From Octopus bimaculoides (taxonomy: Eukaryota): 64,000 nt of DNA. Shown piece after piece: positions 1 to 13,952 of this stretch (the first letter of the stretch is position 1; every line of letters starts with the position of its first letter). The notes under the pieces were generated by a model. It was not told the origin of the DNA, searched no databases, and saw only the letters and a list, made by a program, of their open reading frames with translations. Location of the stretch: assembly GCF_001194135.2 (NCBI RefSeq), contig NC_068986.1, positions 86,311,537-86,375,536 on the forward strand, given 5' to 3'. A program made the position numbers and the translations under genes.

Positions 1-61
1 ACACACACACACACACACATGTGTTTGTGTATCAATAGACGAAGAAAATAAATAGTCAATT

Positions 62-153
62 TGGTTCCATATTTTTGGCACAAGGCCAGTAATTTCGGGG
101 CCGGAGATAAGTCAATTACACAGACTCAAGGCCCCAACTTATTTTATCAACCC
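62..153 (-). mobile_element. SINE family A 3' fragment (tail type 2)
   Basis: Reverse complement reads gggttgataaaataag...gaaattactggccttgtgccaaaa, matching the 3' half of the copy at 1431-1646. Confidence 0.6.
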
Positions 154-367
154 GTTAATACGCCGGACAATAGGCTTAGCGGCATTTCGTCCGTCTCTAC
201 GTTGTGAGATCAAATCCTTCCAAGGTTGTCTTCGCCTTTCATCCTTTCGAGATCATCCTGTCGAGATCGCACTGGAATAAGTACCAGCTGAGCGCTTGCG
301 TCGATTTAATCGACTTACACACTACTCCCGAAATTGATGGCCTAGTGCCAAAAGTTGATACTAATAT
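153..367 (+). mobile_element. SINE family A, diverged, tail type 2
   Basis: gcttagcggcatttcgtccg...gcctttcatcctttcg...aataagtaccag...tcgatttaatcgactta...gatggcctagtgccaaaa. Confidence 0.7.
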
Positions 368-1430
368 TAAGTATAATACCGTAGTTATTCTTTGTATTAG
401 TTACTGTCTTTCAACACGAGAGAAGAAAAAACTTTATAATCACGGTTCAAATGTCGGTGAAGTCTTGTTTGCGTTTTGCCTTTTCTAAGTCGAACAAATA
501 TATTATGAGTGTAATTTCACGGTTTGTTTAACGGGCTAAATTACCTTTGTTGACCTCGCGCCTATTTTAAAAGCAATTATTATAACCGATATGAAAAAGT
601 ATTTATTAAATACTGGGGTTGATATAATTGACTCGTCCGCTTCCTCTAGGTTTTCTGTCCATATTAGAAACAAATGATCGAGGTTGAAATTTCTGCGGAC
701 ACGGACTTCTATGTTTGAAAGAATCCTCATCCAGATTTTGAAGCTTCAACTAAAAATGAAAATAAAAATGCAGAGAAAACTCTTACCATTGGGTTAATTT
801 GTTGAAAAGTAGGTGCGAGTTCCGAAAAAAGGATGAGCAGAGGGAACCGCTCTCTCCAAAACCTTGTAGGTAGAGCAACAGTTGTGGACGACAATTTTCC
901 CTCGTATTCTGGGCGATTTTTGATGCTAATGTTACACTATTGGTTCTAGATAACTTCTTCCTGTGTAAATAAAGCTGCATTATCATCTTTCATTATATAA
1001 TAACTTATATACTTCAATTTCTTGCATATTTTGTTTAAGTAAGAAACCCAAATACTCGATTTGTTTTATTTATGTCTATGATTGTCGCCGTCTTTGCGAT
1101 TGCGAAACCTAACAAATAATAACGAGAACAAAGAAAAGAAATGGCAACATTTTTAAACGGACGTAAGAAGCAGTGTAAAATATCCGTGGTGATGACCGCT
1201 TCCTTCTCCATAATTTTCATAGTTCTAAATATATAAAAAAACAAAATAAACATGTAGGATTGATTGATCATTCATAGCCAGTTTAAGTGCGGATTTGTAA
1301 CTAGGTAGGATACAGTTAGGAGGAATTGGTCAAAAACAAGCTGCTTGTGTAAAGTAATTTTGATGGCTATTACAAAACTGAACAGTAATTTTTTAGCATC
1401 TAAAATGTTTCACCCTGCGACACAGGATAA

Positions 1431-1646
1431 AGTGGTGAGCTGGCAGAATCGTTAACACGCAAGGCAAAATGCTTAGCAGTATTCGTCCGTCTTCACGTTC
1501 TGAGTTCAAATTGCGACGAGGTCGAAATTTGCCTTTCATCCTTTCGTGGTCGATAAAATAAGTACCAGTTGAGCACTAGGGTCAATGTAATCGACTTACT
1601 TGCTCCCTCAGATTGCTGGCCTTGTGCCAAAATTTGAGATCAATAT
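1431..1646 (+). mobile_element. tRNA-derived SINE family A, full length, tail type 2
   Basis: A-box-like tggcagaatcgt, B-box-like gagttcaaatt, central gcctttcatcctttcg..gtcgataaaataagtaccag, tail ctggccttgtgccaaaatttga. Shared with many copies in the window. Confidence 0.85.
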
Positions 1647-2139
1647 TTACTCGATATGCGTTGCATATAATAATAGTAATTAATGCAGAATACATGAACA
1701 CTTTTATGATGTCATTATTTTAATTTGTTCTCCATACGAAAAGGCATTTTATTAGTCCTTCACAGTTGTTATGAACCATAAAGAGCCCGTGGATTGCTGA
1801 TAAGGCTCAATAAGTTAAAATCGTAGCCAACATTATCAAGGCAGTCAATGGTTACAGTCAGTGTCCAAATCTATCTTTATCTGAAATTTGTAGATTGAAA
1901 TTTCCCACTTCCTGTATTTTGCACTTTTTGAAAATAGAATTTTTACTGACACTAATGACATTTCTCGAATTAGAGTTATAATTTCACTTTAAAAAAAGGC
2001 CCTTCCACTCACCATGGCATGCAAATTAGTTTTTACTTATCTATATTTTCGGTCTAGAAATTCTGTGTTGTCAGAAAATATACATACATATATACATACA
2101 TACGTACATACATACATGCATACATACATGCATATGTAT

Positions 2140-2196
<57 letters not shown>

Positions 2197-2379
2197 NNNN
2201 NNNNNNNNNNNNNNNNNNNNNNNNNNNNNNNNNNNNNNTATATATATGTAAAGTAACATATGCACACACAAATATATGTAATACATAATATAATATAATA
2301 TATAATACAATGTATTATATATATATATATATATGTGTGTGTGTATGTGTGTGTGTGTGTATGTGTGTGTAAATATATA

Positions 2380-2431
<52 letters not shown>

Positions 2432-2867
2432 TGTGTGTCACGTATGCCATTTCAGAAAAAAAAGAAATTAAAAATTAAGTGTGTTTGTGTATGTGAATGT
2501 GTGCCTGTTAGATAATGGTGTGGTGGCATAATTTACTATTTTTTCAGGATATTAATAATTTTCAGTTATTTACACTTCCTATTTCGGTTTGGTGAGCAAT
2601 TATTGTTTATATTACTGAGAATCTGTTCCAATTTCAGACACAAATTCCTCTCTGTTTATAAAATGTACGTTTGTGTATATGTAAGACATAACCATTATTT
2701 ATGTATTTCTGTTTATGTGAATTCATATCAGCTTACGTTTCTATGTAAATAGATGTTTGTTTAGTTTAGACAATTTTTAATATATATATGATTATATATG
2801 AGAAAATGTTTTCTAAGTTTTCATTTTCCTCTTCCTCATATTTCTATGCATATCCTTACAGCTTGTG

Positions 2868-2925
<58 letters not shown>

Positions 2926-3687
2926 GAAATGATACACGCTGCTTGTATATGGCAAATGTAGGGCACAGTGCCTATTAGACATGATGCTTCAAAATCTTAC
3001 CTCTGTTGTTAAACCTCTATACCGCCAGTTCAATTTACTCTTATGTAACACAACTTTTATAGTATTACGAGCACATTTTGGCCACTGTAGCATTACTTCT
3101 ACAAAATAACTTAAGTATTCACATCTCTGCAACAAAATATCTGTTTTAAAACCTTTACACTTTATCATCGCAACAATCTCAAAAATGTTTCGATAAAACA
3201 CCACCAATTATTATAATTGAATGCCTTTTCACTGGCTTCAAGCTGCGGCTAGTCTTCGACAGTCGCCTTCTCTGGATCTAGCGGCTACTTGTAGGTTCAG
3301 GTTTATCGTCCGTTTCCTGACGGTCTTGCGCAAGAATTCCACTATCGGCCAAGACGGTTAACAACTATGAAATTCTCATAAGCTCATGCGTTTATATATA
3401 TGTTACCATTCTTCTCTAAAAAGGATATCCTTCTTCACGTTTCTGGAATGAACCAAATACAGAAGTTTGTCGAGCGAGTTTAGCCATATTCAGTTGAAAT
3501 AAGACCAACACATCGAGCCTAAAGACGAAAGCGAGTTGATGTAGATATTTTCAACACCCGATTTGAATATCTGGAGAATATCTGCGATCATGACGCTTGC
3601 AAGGGTCTGATGTCAAGTAACTGCTCCATATTATAAAACAAATAAATGCGCCCTTTTCAAAGCCAAGCCAAGCCAGGCTCATGTCTA

Positions 3688-3739
<52 letters not shown>

Positions 3740-3744
3740 ACGTG

Positions 3745-3880
3745 CTTGTATGTAATAAGTATGCTTCCCAACCATGTGGGTTTGGGCTCAGCACCTTGGC
3801 CATGTGCCTTCTGCTTTAGCCCCGAGCTGACCAAAGTCTTGGGAATGAATTTGGTAGAAGGAAACTCAAAGAAGCTCCTA
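3745..3880 (+). mobile_element. SINE family B (CORE-type) 5' half, diverged
   Basis: tgcttcccaaccatgtgg...gcaccttggccatgtgccttctg...gaccaaagtcttg...atttggtagaaggaaact matches the 5' half of the 63100-63524 copy. Confidence 0.65.
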
Positions 3881-3924
3881 CCTCTGCTTCCGCCCACGCT
3901 GTCACACCTACAGCTACCTCTCCA

Positions 3925-4300
3925 ACACCACTATATCTTGAATGTCACTACAGCCGGCTCCTTTATGTGCACATCTACTTATGCTATTTACTGCACCACC
4001 TGCTCTCTCTGTCCTTCTCTATACATTGGACAAATGGGACGCCGACTGGATGACGGGTTCGTGGAGTACTTCCGAAACATCAGACTCAGCAATGACACCC
4101 CGGTCTCACGTCACTTCCTCTCCACCGGTCATTCGTGCAACATCTGTCTGTGTTCGGATTATCTCTGCACAGGGGCCACCAGGACTGCTGCCTTCACCGT
4201 GAATAGGAATTAATCTTCTGTCTTTGTTCCTTTGTGCCATATGGGATGAATTCACTTTCTCTTTACATCTTACACCAACCCACACGGATTCCCACACACC
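3925..4300 (+). mobile_element. Penelope-like element fragment (GIY-YIG endonuclease, degenerate)
   Basis: Translation GSFMCTSTYAIYCTTCSLCPSLYIGQMGRRLDDGFVEYFRNIRLSNDTPVSRHF fits the PLE GIY-YIG pattern (IYC..C..C...YIGQT.R.L..RF.EH). Frameshifted 3' part. Confidence 0.75.
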
Positions 4301-4793
4301 TCCCATGCCAAATTGCTCCTCTAAAATCCTCAAGGCGATACTCCTGCAAGGCTATACTCCTCCTATTCAATGAGTTAAAGAAATATATGTCACATATGAT
4401 TTAGACGTATATGTAAAAGAAGTATATGACACATACAAACACACGTGCACGCACGCGTGTGTGGTCACAACCGTTGGTGACGTTATTAGGCATTGTTTCC
4501 CTACATTGGCAGAGCACCAGACAACTCACATTCAGATTTATTGTTTATCATATGAAATATGCCACAAACTGGAAGGTGTAGTCGCGTAAGGGGGAACATA
4601 GTAGGGGAAGTCAGAGAACTTCATTACAGTTTTTCGTAATCTGTTATGTTTCCGTTCTGTAACAATGTAACCTTGAATCAAATGTTATAAAAATGGGTTC
4701 TTACTGTTCTTGTTTCGACGCTCTAACGTTTCATTCGTTAACGTTTTTCTTCCATTTCAAAAGTCATGAGCCTTATAGAAATATCACATTAAT

Positions 4794-5203
4794 ATTCTTT
4801 TCTACTCTATGTACAAAACCCGAAATTTGGGAGGATGTGGCCAATCGATTAGATCGACTCCAGTATAGAATTGGTACTTAATTTGTCGAACCCGAAAGGA
4901 TGAAAGGCAAACTCGATCACGGCGAAATTTGAACTCAGAACATAAAGACAGACGAAATACCACTAAGCATTTCGCCCGGCATGCTAACGTTTCTTATTTC
5001 TTTATTGCACACAAGGGGCTAAACATAGAGGGGACAAACAAGGACAGACAAAGGGATCAAATCGATTACATCGACCCCAGTGCGTAACTGGTACTTATTC
5101 AATCGACCCCGAAAGGATGAAAGGATGAAATCAGAACGTAACAGCAGACGGAATACCGATAAGTATTTCGCCCGGCGTGCTAACGATTCTGCCAGCTCGC
5201 CGC
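4794..5203 (-). mobile_element. SINE-A head-to-tail dimer (tail-1 unit followed by tail-2 unit)
   Basis: One complete head at 5203; junction ...aataaagaaataag|aaacgttagc at about 4990-4994; downstream unit ends in cctcccaaatttcgggttttgtac. Confidence 0.85.
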
Positions 5204-5240
5204 ATTCAGTTCTTATAATATTTCATTAATATTACAACTG

Positions 5241-5442
5241 AAGGTGCTGAGCTGCCAGAATCATTAGTACGCTGGTTAAGATGCTTAGCGGCGTTTAGGC
5301 CGTGTATATGTTCTGAGTCCATATTCTGCCTTTCTTCATTTTGGGGTTGATAAAATAAGCTCCATTTATGCACTTCAGTCATTGTAACCGACTTTCTCCT
5401 TTTCCCGGAATTGCTGGCCTTGTGCCAAAATGCGAAATCAAT
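5241..5442 (+). mobile_element. SINE-A, diverged, tail type 2
   Basis: gagctgccagaatcattag...ggggttgataaaataag...gaattgctggccttgtgccaaaat. Confidence 0.7.
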
Positions 5443-5845
5443 AATATTATAGCAACTGTTTCTATTTTCAGTATCAAATACACGAAGGGACACTCTATCG
5501 AAGTCACTTCCGTCTAAGAACTCCATTCGATAACTGTAGTGTGAATTCATCATTGCAGAATTCAATCAATATTTGAATAAGTTTTCAGTAAATACATTCA
5601 TAATGTCGTCGGATAGAAATAACGAAACTGCTTTGGTGTGGGATAGGTTTTCTAGCTACGCGAAGGTTCCAGTTGGCCGAAGTTCCCAATACGATTTTCA
5701 GTCTGGTTCGATACAACCTACACACACTGTAGTAGTTTAAATTGCAATGATCAAATTGTCCACTTCTCTTGAGAACAAAGTTTAATGGATGATAAACTTG
5801 TTTTATTTTGGCATTTCATTGTAGAACGTCATGTTTACATACACA

Positions 5846-6010
5846 CACGGCCGGCTCAAGTTGCCAGCAATTCGGGCAGTCGCCTGGGGCGCCATGTGCT
5901 TTTTAGTCTACATTTTCAGTTTTCTCCTTATGAAAGTTTAAAAGAATTTACCTGTAAAGGCACCGAAGTTCAGCTTGCCTTGGGCGCAAATGACCCTAGG
6001 GCCGACCCTG
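5846..6010. mobile_element. Putative hAT-like MITE (165 bp)
   Basis: Imperfect terminal inverted repeats cacggccggctc / gggccgaccctg and a GC-rich body in AT-rich flanks. No clear 8-bp TSD. Confidence 0.4.
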
Positions 6011-6032
6011 AACAACCATATTGATACACAAA

Positions 6033-6215
6033 ATGTTGGCTTCAAACTTTGGCACAAGGCCAGCAATTTTAGGTGAGGGCGTAAGTCATTTACATCGACC
6101 CCAGTGCTCAACTGGAACTTATCTTATCGACCCCGAAATGATGAAAAGCCAAACCGACTTCAGAACGTAAAGCTACTATGTATTTTCCCCGGTGTGCTAA
6201 CAATTCTGCCAGCCT
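6033..6215 (-). mobile_element. SINE-A, tail type 2, internally deleted
   Basis: tttggcacaaggccagcaatttt...acatcgaccccagtgctcaactgg...gctaacaattctgccagc. Confidence 0.7.
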
Positions 6216-6239
6216 GCAATCTTATTTAATACACACAAT

Positions 6240-6468
6240 TTTGGTTAATAATTTGGGACGAGACCAGCAATTTTGTGAGAGGGGGTTACATAAGTGCACT
6301 CAACTGGTACTTATTTCATGGACTGCGAAGGGGGATGAAAAGCAACGTCGAGCACGTTGGAATTTGAACTTAGAACGTTAAGACATGAAATGTCTTTACG
6401 TAAAGACAGACGGAATTCAGCTAAGCCTTTCACCCGGCGTGCTGATGATTCAGCCAACTCAACGCCTT
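6240..6468 (-). mobile_element. SINE-A, diverged
   Basis: gcactcaactggtactta...ggatgaaaag...ggaatttgaacttagaacg...cccggcgtgctgatgattcagccaactc. Confidence 0.6.
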
Positions 6469-7390
6469 TTTTTAATACGCAAAATATTGCAACCTTAAAA
6501 TTAACATGATTTAAACCTTAACCCATGCTTTACATTGAACATTAAATAATTACATATAACGAATAGAAAAACTATGCCTCCCTGCTCTCTCAGATTGAAA
6601 GCTAAAAGAAAGGAAAATGACGTGTTGACTGAATGATACATTATATAATTTGATTTATAGGAAACACCTTCTATTGTCACAAAGACATACACAAAAATTT
6701 TATTGTGAAAAATATTAACGCTGAATTGCCTGTCAAAACATTTTTGAACGTCAAGGTGAACGCATGACAGGCACATACACAATGGTAAATTTGTAATATA
6801 AATTGAATGAGCGCTATTATTGGATTAATATCATGCAAGTTATAAGAAAATGTGCAGTTACATATAAATTAATAAAGAAATATTAAAGAGAAAGAAGAAG
6901 AATTGAATGAGAAATGAGAAAGAATGAAATACATAAAATAGTAATAAGAGTGAGGAAAGTATGAAAAGAAGAGATAGAAAGTAAGAAATCATTATATTTT
7001 GTGCAAGTTTGAAATACAGTTGAGAGCGTAGGCAAAATAATGGCAAAAATGAATGAAGTTAGTTTATAAAAGATTCATTAATGATAGTCAGAGACAGAAT
7101 TATGGAAAGGAAAGAAACAAGTGGCAGATAGACAAAGATATTATTTACGAATTACAGAAATGGAGAAAAGCGTGAGCAATAAAATTGAAGTTTAAAGGGG
7201 AGACGAGTTTAAAATGAGGGGAAAGGGAAGCAAAGTAAAAGACAACGTAAGAACTGTATAGGAAAATTGAAAAGAAATACTCAACATGAGTATTTGTTCA
7301 TTGAAATGTTTAAAAAGAAATTTTTAATAATGTATGTATCTTCTTTCCTGTTATTCTCTCTCTATAGAACTACATACATGCATACATACA

Positions 7391-7605
7391 TTCCTTTCTA
7401 CTCTTGGAACAAACGCCGAAATTTTTGAGAAGGGTTCAGTCGATTACATCGACCCTAGTACGCGACGGGTTTTTAATTTATCAACCCCGAAAGGATGAAA
7501 GGGAAAGTCGAACCCCGCGGAATTCGAACTGAAAACGTAAAGACAGACGAAATGCCGCTAAGCATTTCGCCCGGCGTGCTAACGTCTCTGCCAGATCGCT
7601 ACCTT
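7391..7605 (-). mobile_element. SINE-A, tail type 2 variant
   Basis: agtcgattacatcgaccc...ccccgaaaggatgaaagg...aagcatttcgcccggcgtgctaacgtctctgccag. Confidence 0.8.
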
Positions 7606-8366
7606 CTGTTCACATATATTCATTAGATGACTTGAAAAGGCGGTTATCAAAACTCTTGAGATGCATCAGGAAAAAGTATCAGTTTTTAACAGCTGTTGGC
7701 ATTAGCTACATGTTGGGTAATTTTTTGCATGCATACATAAATGTATGTATGTGTATATGTATGTGGGTGTGTGTGTACACGTGTCTGTGTGTGTTGTACA
7801 TGGGTTCATGAACATGGGTTTATGTGTGTATTTTGTGTGTGTATGTAAATGTTCATGTCGAATAACTCCAAATTTAATGTTCTCGTGTGTTATATACTTA
7901 ATCTATTATAAAACGTTACTATAAAAGAAGTACTTTATATCGAGATTCCTCATTTATAAACCGCTGTAAAAAGGTTATTGATATTATATATTTGAAATCT
8001 CAAATACAAATAGGGTCCATCGGAATGGTTTTAATACAGATTCATCCATTTCATTCAGAATGCTTGGTTCCGACAAGAGGTTGTAATCAAAATTACGTGT
8101 CAAAAATAGCACAATTTAATTGATACATTCATCTGATAAACCCCTTGTAATTATAACTTCCATGTTGTGGATAACTTTTACAGTCAGTATATCTCAATGG
8201 AAATTGTCTGTCACTCTGAAAAAAAAATACTGTAGGTCTCGTGACAATATCTAAGAACATCACCAACATTTATGTCTTCCAGTAGTTTCTACACACTGAA
8301 GGTCATCTGTGCAAAATAATATTTTTAACATTTTCTCGCCCTATACATATCTAAAATAAATTTATC

Positions 8367-8507
8367 AGGCGTTTGGTAATGAGCTTGCTTCCCAACCACA
8401 TGATTCCGGGTTCAGTCGCACTGAGTAACACTTTGGGCAAGTGTCTTCTATTATACCCTCGGGTCAACGAAGGCCTTCTGCGTGGATTTGGTAGAGGGAA
8501 ACTGAAA

Positions 8508-8510
<3 letters not shown>
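8367..8510 (+). mobile_element. SINE-B 5' half ending in (TA)n
   Basis: gcttgcttcccaaccacatgattccgggttcagtc...ttgggcaagtgtcttcta...ggatttggtagagggaaactgaa. Confidence 0.75.
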
Positions 8511-8551
<41 letters not shown>

Positions 8552-8841
8552 CAAAACATACAAGCACTAGGATCTGAAATAAGATATCACGACAGTTAAT
8601 ATCATCAGTGAATAAAATTTGAAATTGATGGTATCAACAGTAGTAAAATAGGTGGTTCGCAGGCAAATAGCGCTATTTAGCTATATATTACAAATCAGCA
8701 CGAAGTGTAAGGATGCATAAAAGCAGACACCTGCTAGAAATAAGAGCTAAAGTCTCAGTGAAACCACCAAGATAACAGAAAAATAAAAGTAGGCGAGGAA
8801 ACAGAAAGAATTAATACATTCAAAAGCACAACTACAAGAGA

Positions 8842-8844
<3 letters not shown>

Positions 8845-8891
<47 letters not shown>

Positions 8892-9105
8892 TTGTGTGCC
8901 TGTCTTTGTCCACCCGCCATCATTTGACAACCGATGTCGGTGTGTTTACGTCCCCGTAACTTAGCGGTTCAGCTAAGAACCCGATAGAGTAAGTACAATG
9001 CTTACAAATAATAAGTCCTGGGATCAATTTATTCGAATAAGGGCTGTGCTCCAGGATGGCCGCCGTTAAATGACTGAGACAAGTACAAGAATACAGGAAT
9101 ATATA
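8845..9105 (+). mobile_element. SINE-B 3' half starting from (GT)n
   Basis: ttgacaaccgatgtcggtgtgtttacgtccccgtaacttagcggttc...gtgctccaggatggccg..aaatgactgagacaagta. Confidence 0.8.
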
Positions 9106-9567
9106 TATACATATGTATGTCTGTATGTATATCAAAAAAGTATGAAAGAGCCATATGTTCAAACGATCGGTTTTTCGGAGTTTATGGCGTATATCTATGT
9201 CCCCACACAGTCACTGCAGTGCGTACTTTAGAATATCTTAATACTTTAGTAATCGTCTATACAGGAATATATTGTGTTTTTGATGCAGTACGTCCATAAG
9301 GGACATTATCACCTCACGAATAACGCAATAAATTTGCTTTTTGCTGTGTATTTAAATTAATCATCATGCAGATAGCTAAATATCTATGTACGCATGTATG
9401 TATGTATATACGTACGTACGTACCTACATTTGTATATATATGTATGTATTTTCGTCATTATTCAGTTTATTTCTAACCAATAGAGAGAGAACCGGTTTCT
9501 AACATAGATCCAAGGCTCCTTCATTTTGTTTACGTATGTAAGTATGTATGAATTTATATGGATACAG

Positions 9568-10005
9568 ACATGGCTGCTTGCTTCCCAACCATATATTTCT
9601 GCGATCATTTCAACTGCGCGATAATTTGTGTGAGTGTCTTCTATACTGGCCTCGGGCCGACCAACCCCTTGTAAGTGGATTGCCTGACAGAAACTGAAAG
9701 AAGTCATTCGTATGTGTGTATGTGTGTATGTATGTGTGTATGTGTGCATGTGTTTGTGTCTACTTGTGTATGTGTGTATGTCTGTGTGCCTGCGTGTGCA
9801 TGCGCTTCTGCCTGTGTCTGTGCCCTACCACTTCTTGGGAAAATGTGTTGGTACATTTACGTTCCCGTAATTTAGAAGTACGCTAAAGCAGTTCCGGCTT
9901 TAAAAGAGAAGAACTGGAGTTGATCCAGTCGACTAAGTACTTCCTCAAGGTAGTGCCCCAACGTGGCAGTAGTCTAATGACTGAAACTAGTATAGAATAA
10001 AAGAT
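9568..10005 (+). mobile_element. SINE-B, diverged full length with internal (TG)n
   Basis: 5' half, about 110 nt of TG-rich microsatellite, then 3' tail gtagtctaatgactgaaactagtatagaataaaaga. Confidence 0.7.
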
Positions 10006-10585
10006 ACTACATACACCTGAGTAGCCGTGTCTGTGAGTGTATGTATGCATGCATACATACACATATGTAAGTATAGATATATGGATGTAATATGAAAGCA
10101 TAGCCGTCTCTTGAAAATGAATTCGACTAGGTAGTAAGAACCATACTACATGCACGTAGGCACACAAATACACACGCGCAAACACATATGTGCCTGGGTA
10201 TGTTGGTGAGCGTGACTTTACGGTTATCTACGAGTGTATTTTAATCAACACTTACAATAACAATATTGAATAGAATTAGAATAAAATGTATGAAAATCTT
10301 CTGGAACGCGACTTCAATATATTACATGATTATCAATAACTTAATCTCCTGTCCCTCTATCTTCTGTTTCGTAAAAGTATTTAGATTATGGCAATAAACT
10401 GCCAAATTCTGGAACGGTCACTTTCAATGTTCATTCTTCAATATTCACCATTCTTAATGTCTCGACTGATTCATACAAATGTGTCTACGTAATTATGTAT
10501 ATATATATTTCTACATGTATATCAGTCCAAGACGTATGCGTTCATGACGGAGTGCGTATGTATCAATGCATGAAGTTAGAAACAG

Positions 10586-10644
<59 letters not shown>

Positions 10645-10847
10645 GAAAAGAGAGAGATGAGAGAGAGACGGAGAGAAAGAAAGAAAAGCGATATACATGC
10701 ATGTATGTATGTAAATCTTAGATTTATAAGTCGTATATGTCTAACTGTGTTGGTGTATATATTCAAAACTGTCTAGGTTATTATTTTCTGGTTGTGTGAT
10801 TGTCAATGTACTTCTGCCTGTCGTACACGACAATGTATGCATGTATG

Positions 10848-10878
<31 letters not shown>

Positions 10879-10911
10879 AAATATATATATTGTTGCATTT
10901 GTATATGTACC

Positions 10912-11021
<110 letters not shown>

Positions 11022-11346
11022 TACATACACACGCACATGCACACGCATATATACACTCATATATATACATACATACGTATGTATATATACGCATGTATAT
11101 GTACATCTGCGTATGTCTATGATTTTGTATGTGGTTTTTTGGGGAGGGGGGTTGTAAGGAGATATGTATGTGCATACGCCAGCTTCTTTTTGTTTTGTTA
11201 TCCAGTCTATGTGTTTGCATGGGCAAATTCATTGTATTTGTAATTGTATATAAGTGTTGCTTCTGTACGTATGTAATACAGATAAGTGTACTCTTCTATC
11301 TATCATTGTTGCATCAGTCTCTCTCTCTCTCTATCTTTCTATACAC

Positions 11347-11384
<38 letters not shown>

Positions 11385-11409
11385 ACACACACACATATAT
11401 ATATATATA

Positions 11410-11465
<56 letters not shown>

Positions 11466-12972
11466 ATATGATCTAGGTCTCCAGTTATTTAATGCTATGT
11501 AATTTCGCTTGTTTATGCACATTCTGTGCAATGAACGGAGATCATTTTTAATCTTATTTATATTCAAGACATGTTTTATAGAGATAGATCCGTATATATT
11601 TATACTAATTTAAACAAAAAATACATTGCATATAAACATAGGAGTATATATATGTGCGTGTAGGTGCTCGCGTGCACACGCAGGCACACACACAAACATA
11701 TATACGTATTTATTTATACATAATTTATATACCTCGATATGTATATATACATTCATTCACCCCAGACGACACATTATGATCTATCTCTATATGCGTATAT
11801 AAATAAACCTATATATGTAGTTATCTTTCATTCTATCTACAGATATATGTGTGCGTGTGTGTGTGCATGTGTATGCGCGTGTGAGAGTGGCTCGCGTGCG
11901 TACGCACGTGCGCATGTTGAGAGCCCATGCGTGTGTCTGTTTATATATAATGTAATACTTCTACCCTGGAAATAAAGTCACGTTTCGGGGCTCCATAGTG
12001 TCTCATAGTCCCTGGAAGGGAATAACTTTCTACAAGAAACTATGGTACGCACCCTTCCAAAATAGCAAAAACACAAATCACTAGTTATCTTTCACTTCAC
12101 TATTACAAACACCGACATTTTACATCTTTTATACCACTCTCATTAATTCATTCACTATAGAAAATAAATCTTTTAGCAGAAGAATTATTGAACTACTTCC
12201 ATTGTATTAACGTTTCTTATCGTGCAACAATAATTCCGACGGTTCAGAAAAAATAAATGTATTCCACAAGAATCACCTCAGCCTCCATCTTGCTAGTCAT
12301 CTGCGCACATCGTAGTAAAACGTAACTGGAATGATGCGTCATTAGTCTTTATACTTGATAGATCACGCATACATTCTGAATCAGACAGCATTGCAATATC
12401 TCGTGGCTGTGTGTATACCAGAGCTGCAATATATCTTGGATCTAAGAACAGCGTGGTTAAACCATTGACTATTGTTTAGCGTCTTCTATACAATGTCCAC
12501 TTATTCTTCCTTTATATATTTGTCATCAGATATTTTCTTCTGTTAGTTTCAAAACATCATATTAGATATTGCAATTTGTGTTTTAACAATACTGGCTATG
12601 ACCGATAAAACTACCTGATATATAACAGCTCCAGTTTCCAAGGTTTTTTGCCAGGGATTCCGTTACGTGTCTTCTGCTATGCCCTCGCGATGACCAAAGC
12701 TTCGTGAGTGGATTTGGTAGTTAGGCAGAATTTTAGATAAGCCCATCGTTTCTTTCTCTGTCTCTCATATATATACATATATATATATACATACATAGAT
12801 ATATATACATATATATTCACACACATATATATATATACATATACATATGTATATATACATATATATAATAATACAAAGAATATATATACATGTATACACA
12901 CATATATGTACATACTTACATCTACATGTGTATATACATGCATATCAGGGTACAGGACGTTAGAACAATAAA

Positions 12973-13071
12973 TTACGTGGCACCTTGGGCATGTGTCTTC
13001 TACTATAGCCTCGGGCCGACCAAAACCTTGTGAGTGGATTTGGTAGACGGAAACTGCAAGAAGCCGTCGTA

Positions 13072-13154
<83 letters not shown>

Positions 13155-13358
13155 ATATGTTTGTGTGTCTTTGTTTGTCCCCCCAACTTGACAACCGACG
13201 CTGGTGTGTTTACGTCCCCGTAACCTAGCGGTTCGGCAAAAGAGACCGATAGAATAAGTACTAGGCTTACAAAGAATAAGTCCTGGTGTCGATTTGCCCA
13301 ACTAAAGGTGGTGCTCCAGCATAACCGCAGTCAAATGACTGAAACAGTTAAAATAGTA
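12973..13358 (+). mobile_element. SINE-B, 5'-truncated, internal (TA)n
   Basis: CORE-like gtggcaccttgggcatgtgtcttctactatagcc, then (TA)n, then tail aaaggtggtgctccagcataaccgcagtcaaatgactgaaac. Confidence 0.85.
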
Positions 13359-13646
13359 TAGGAGTATGGGTTCCATTATTTTATTTCTGAGCTTTACAAA
13401 TTGTAATAAATTTATTTGTTGTGTCATGTCTTTTAAAATATATTTTCATCATTTTATAACATACAAATAAATTATTCATATATCGATTATTTCTTCATTT
13501 TCTTTTTCCCCCTTAATATCGATAATATACAACTTCAATAATCCGCAACATATACCAATGACTTTCGCGTTATATGGAAGGGATTAACCAGTGGAATATC
13601 TTGGATTATATAATTCTAAATGCGGATATGACCTCCTAGTATTAAC

Positions 13647-13702
<56 letters not shown>

Positions 13703-13703
<1 letters not shown>

Positions 13704-13889
13704 CCGTATGGTAAGAAGCTTGCTTCCCAACCACATGAGTCTGGGTTCAGTCCCATTGCTTGGTAACGCAGGCAAATGTCCTCTACTCTAGCGTCGGTCC
13801 AACCGATGTCTTGTGAGATGATCTAGTAGACGGAAACTGAAAGAAGCCTGATGTATTTATATATATATATATNNNNNNNNNNTATTAAC

Positions 13890-13952
<63 letters not shown>

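Noticed and set aside
780-960. Minus-strand exon candidate with donor TG|GTAAGA at about 786
   Set aside because: The open frame gives no recognisable protein and the downstream acceptor is only about 37 nt away.
3746-4213. 155-aa ORF as a single gene
   Set aside because: It is a chance in-frame fusion of a SINE-B head and a decayed Penelope-like GIY-YIG fragment.
13637-13945. Duplicated tattaactatatatatatatgtgtg on both sides of a SINE half and a 10-N gap
   Set aside because: Most likely a contig-overlap artefact at the gap.
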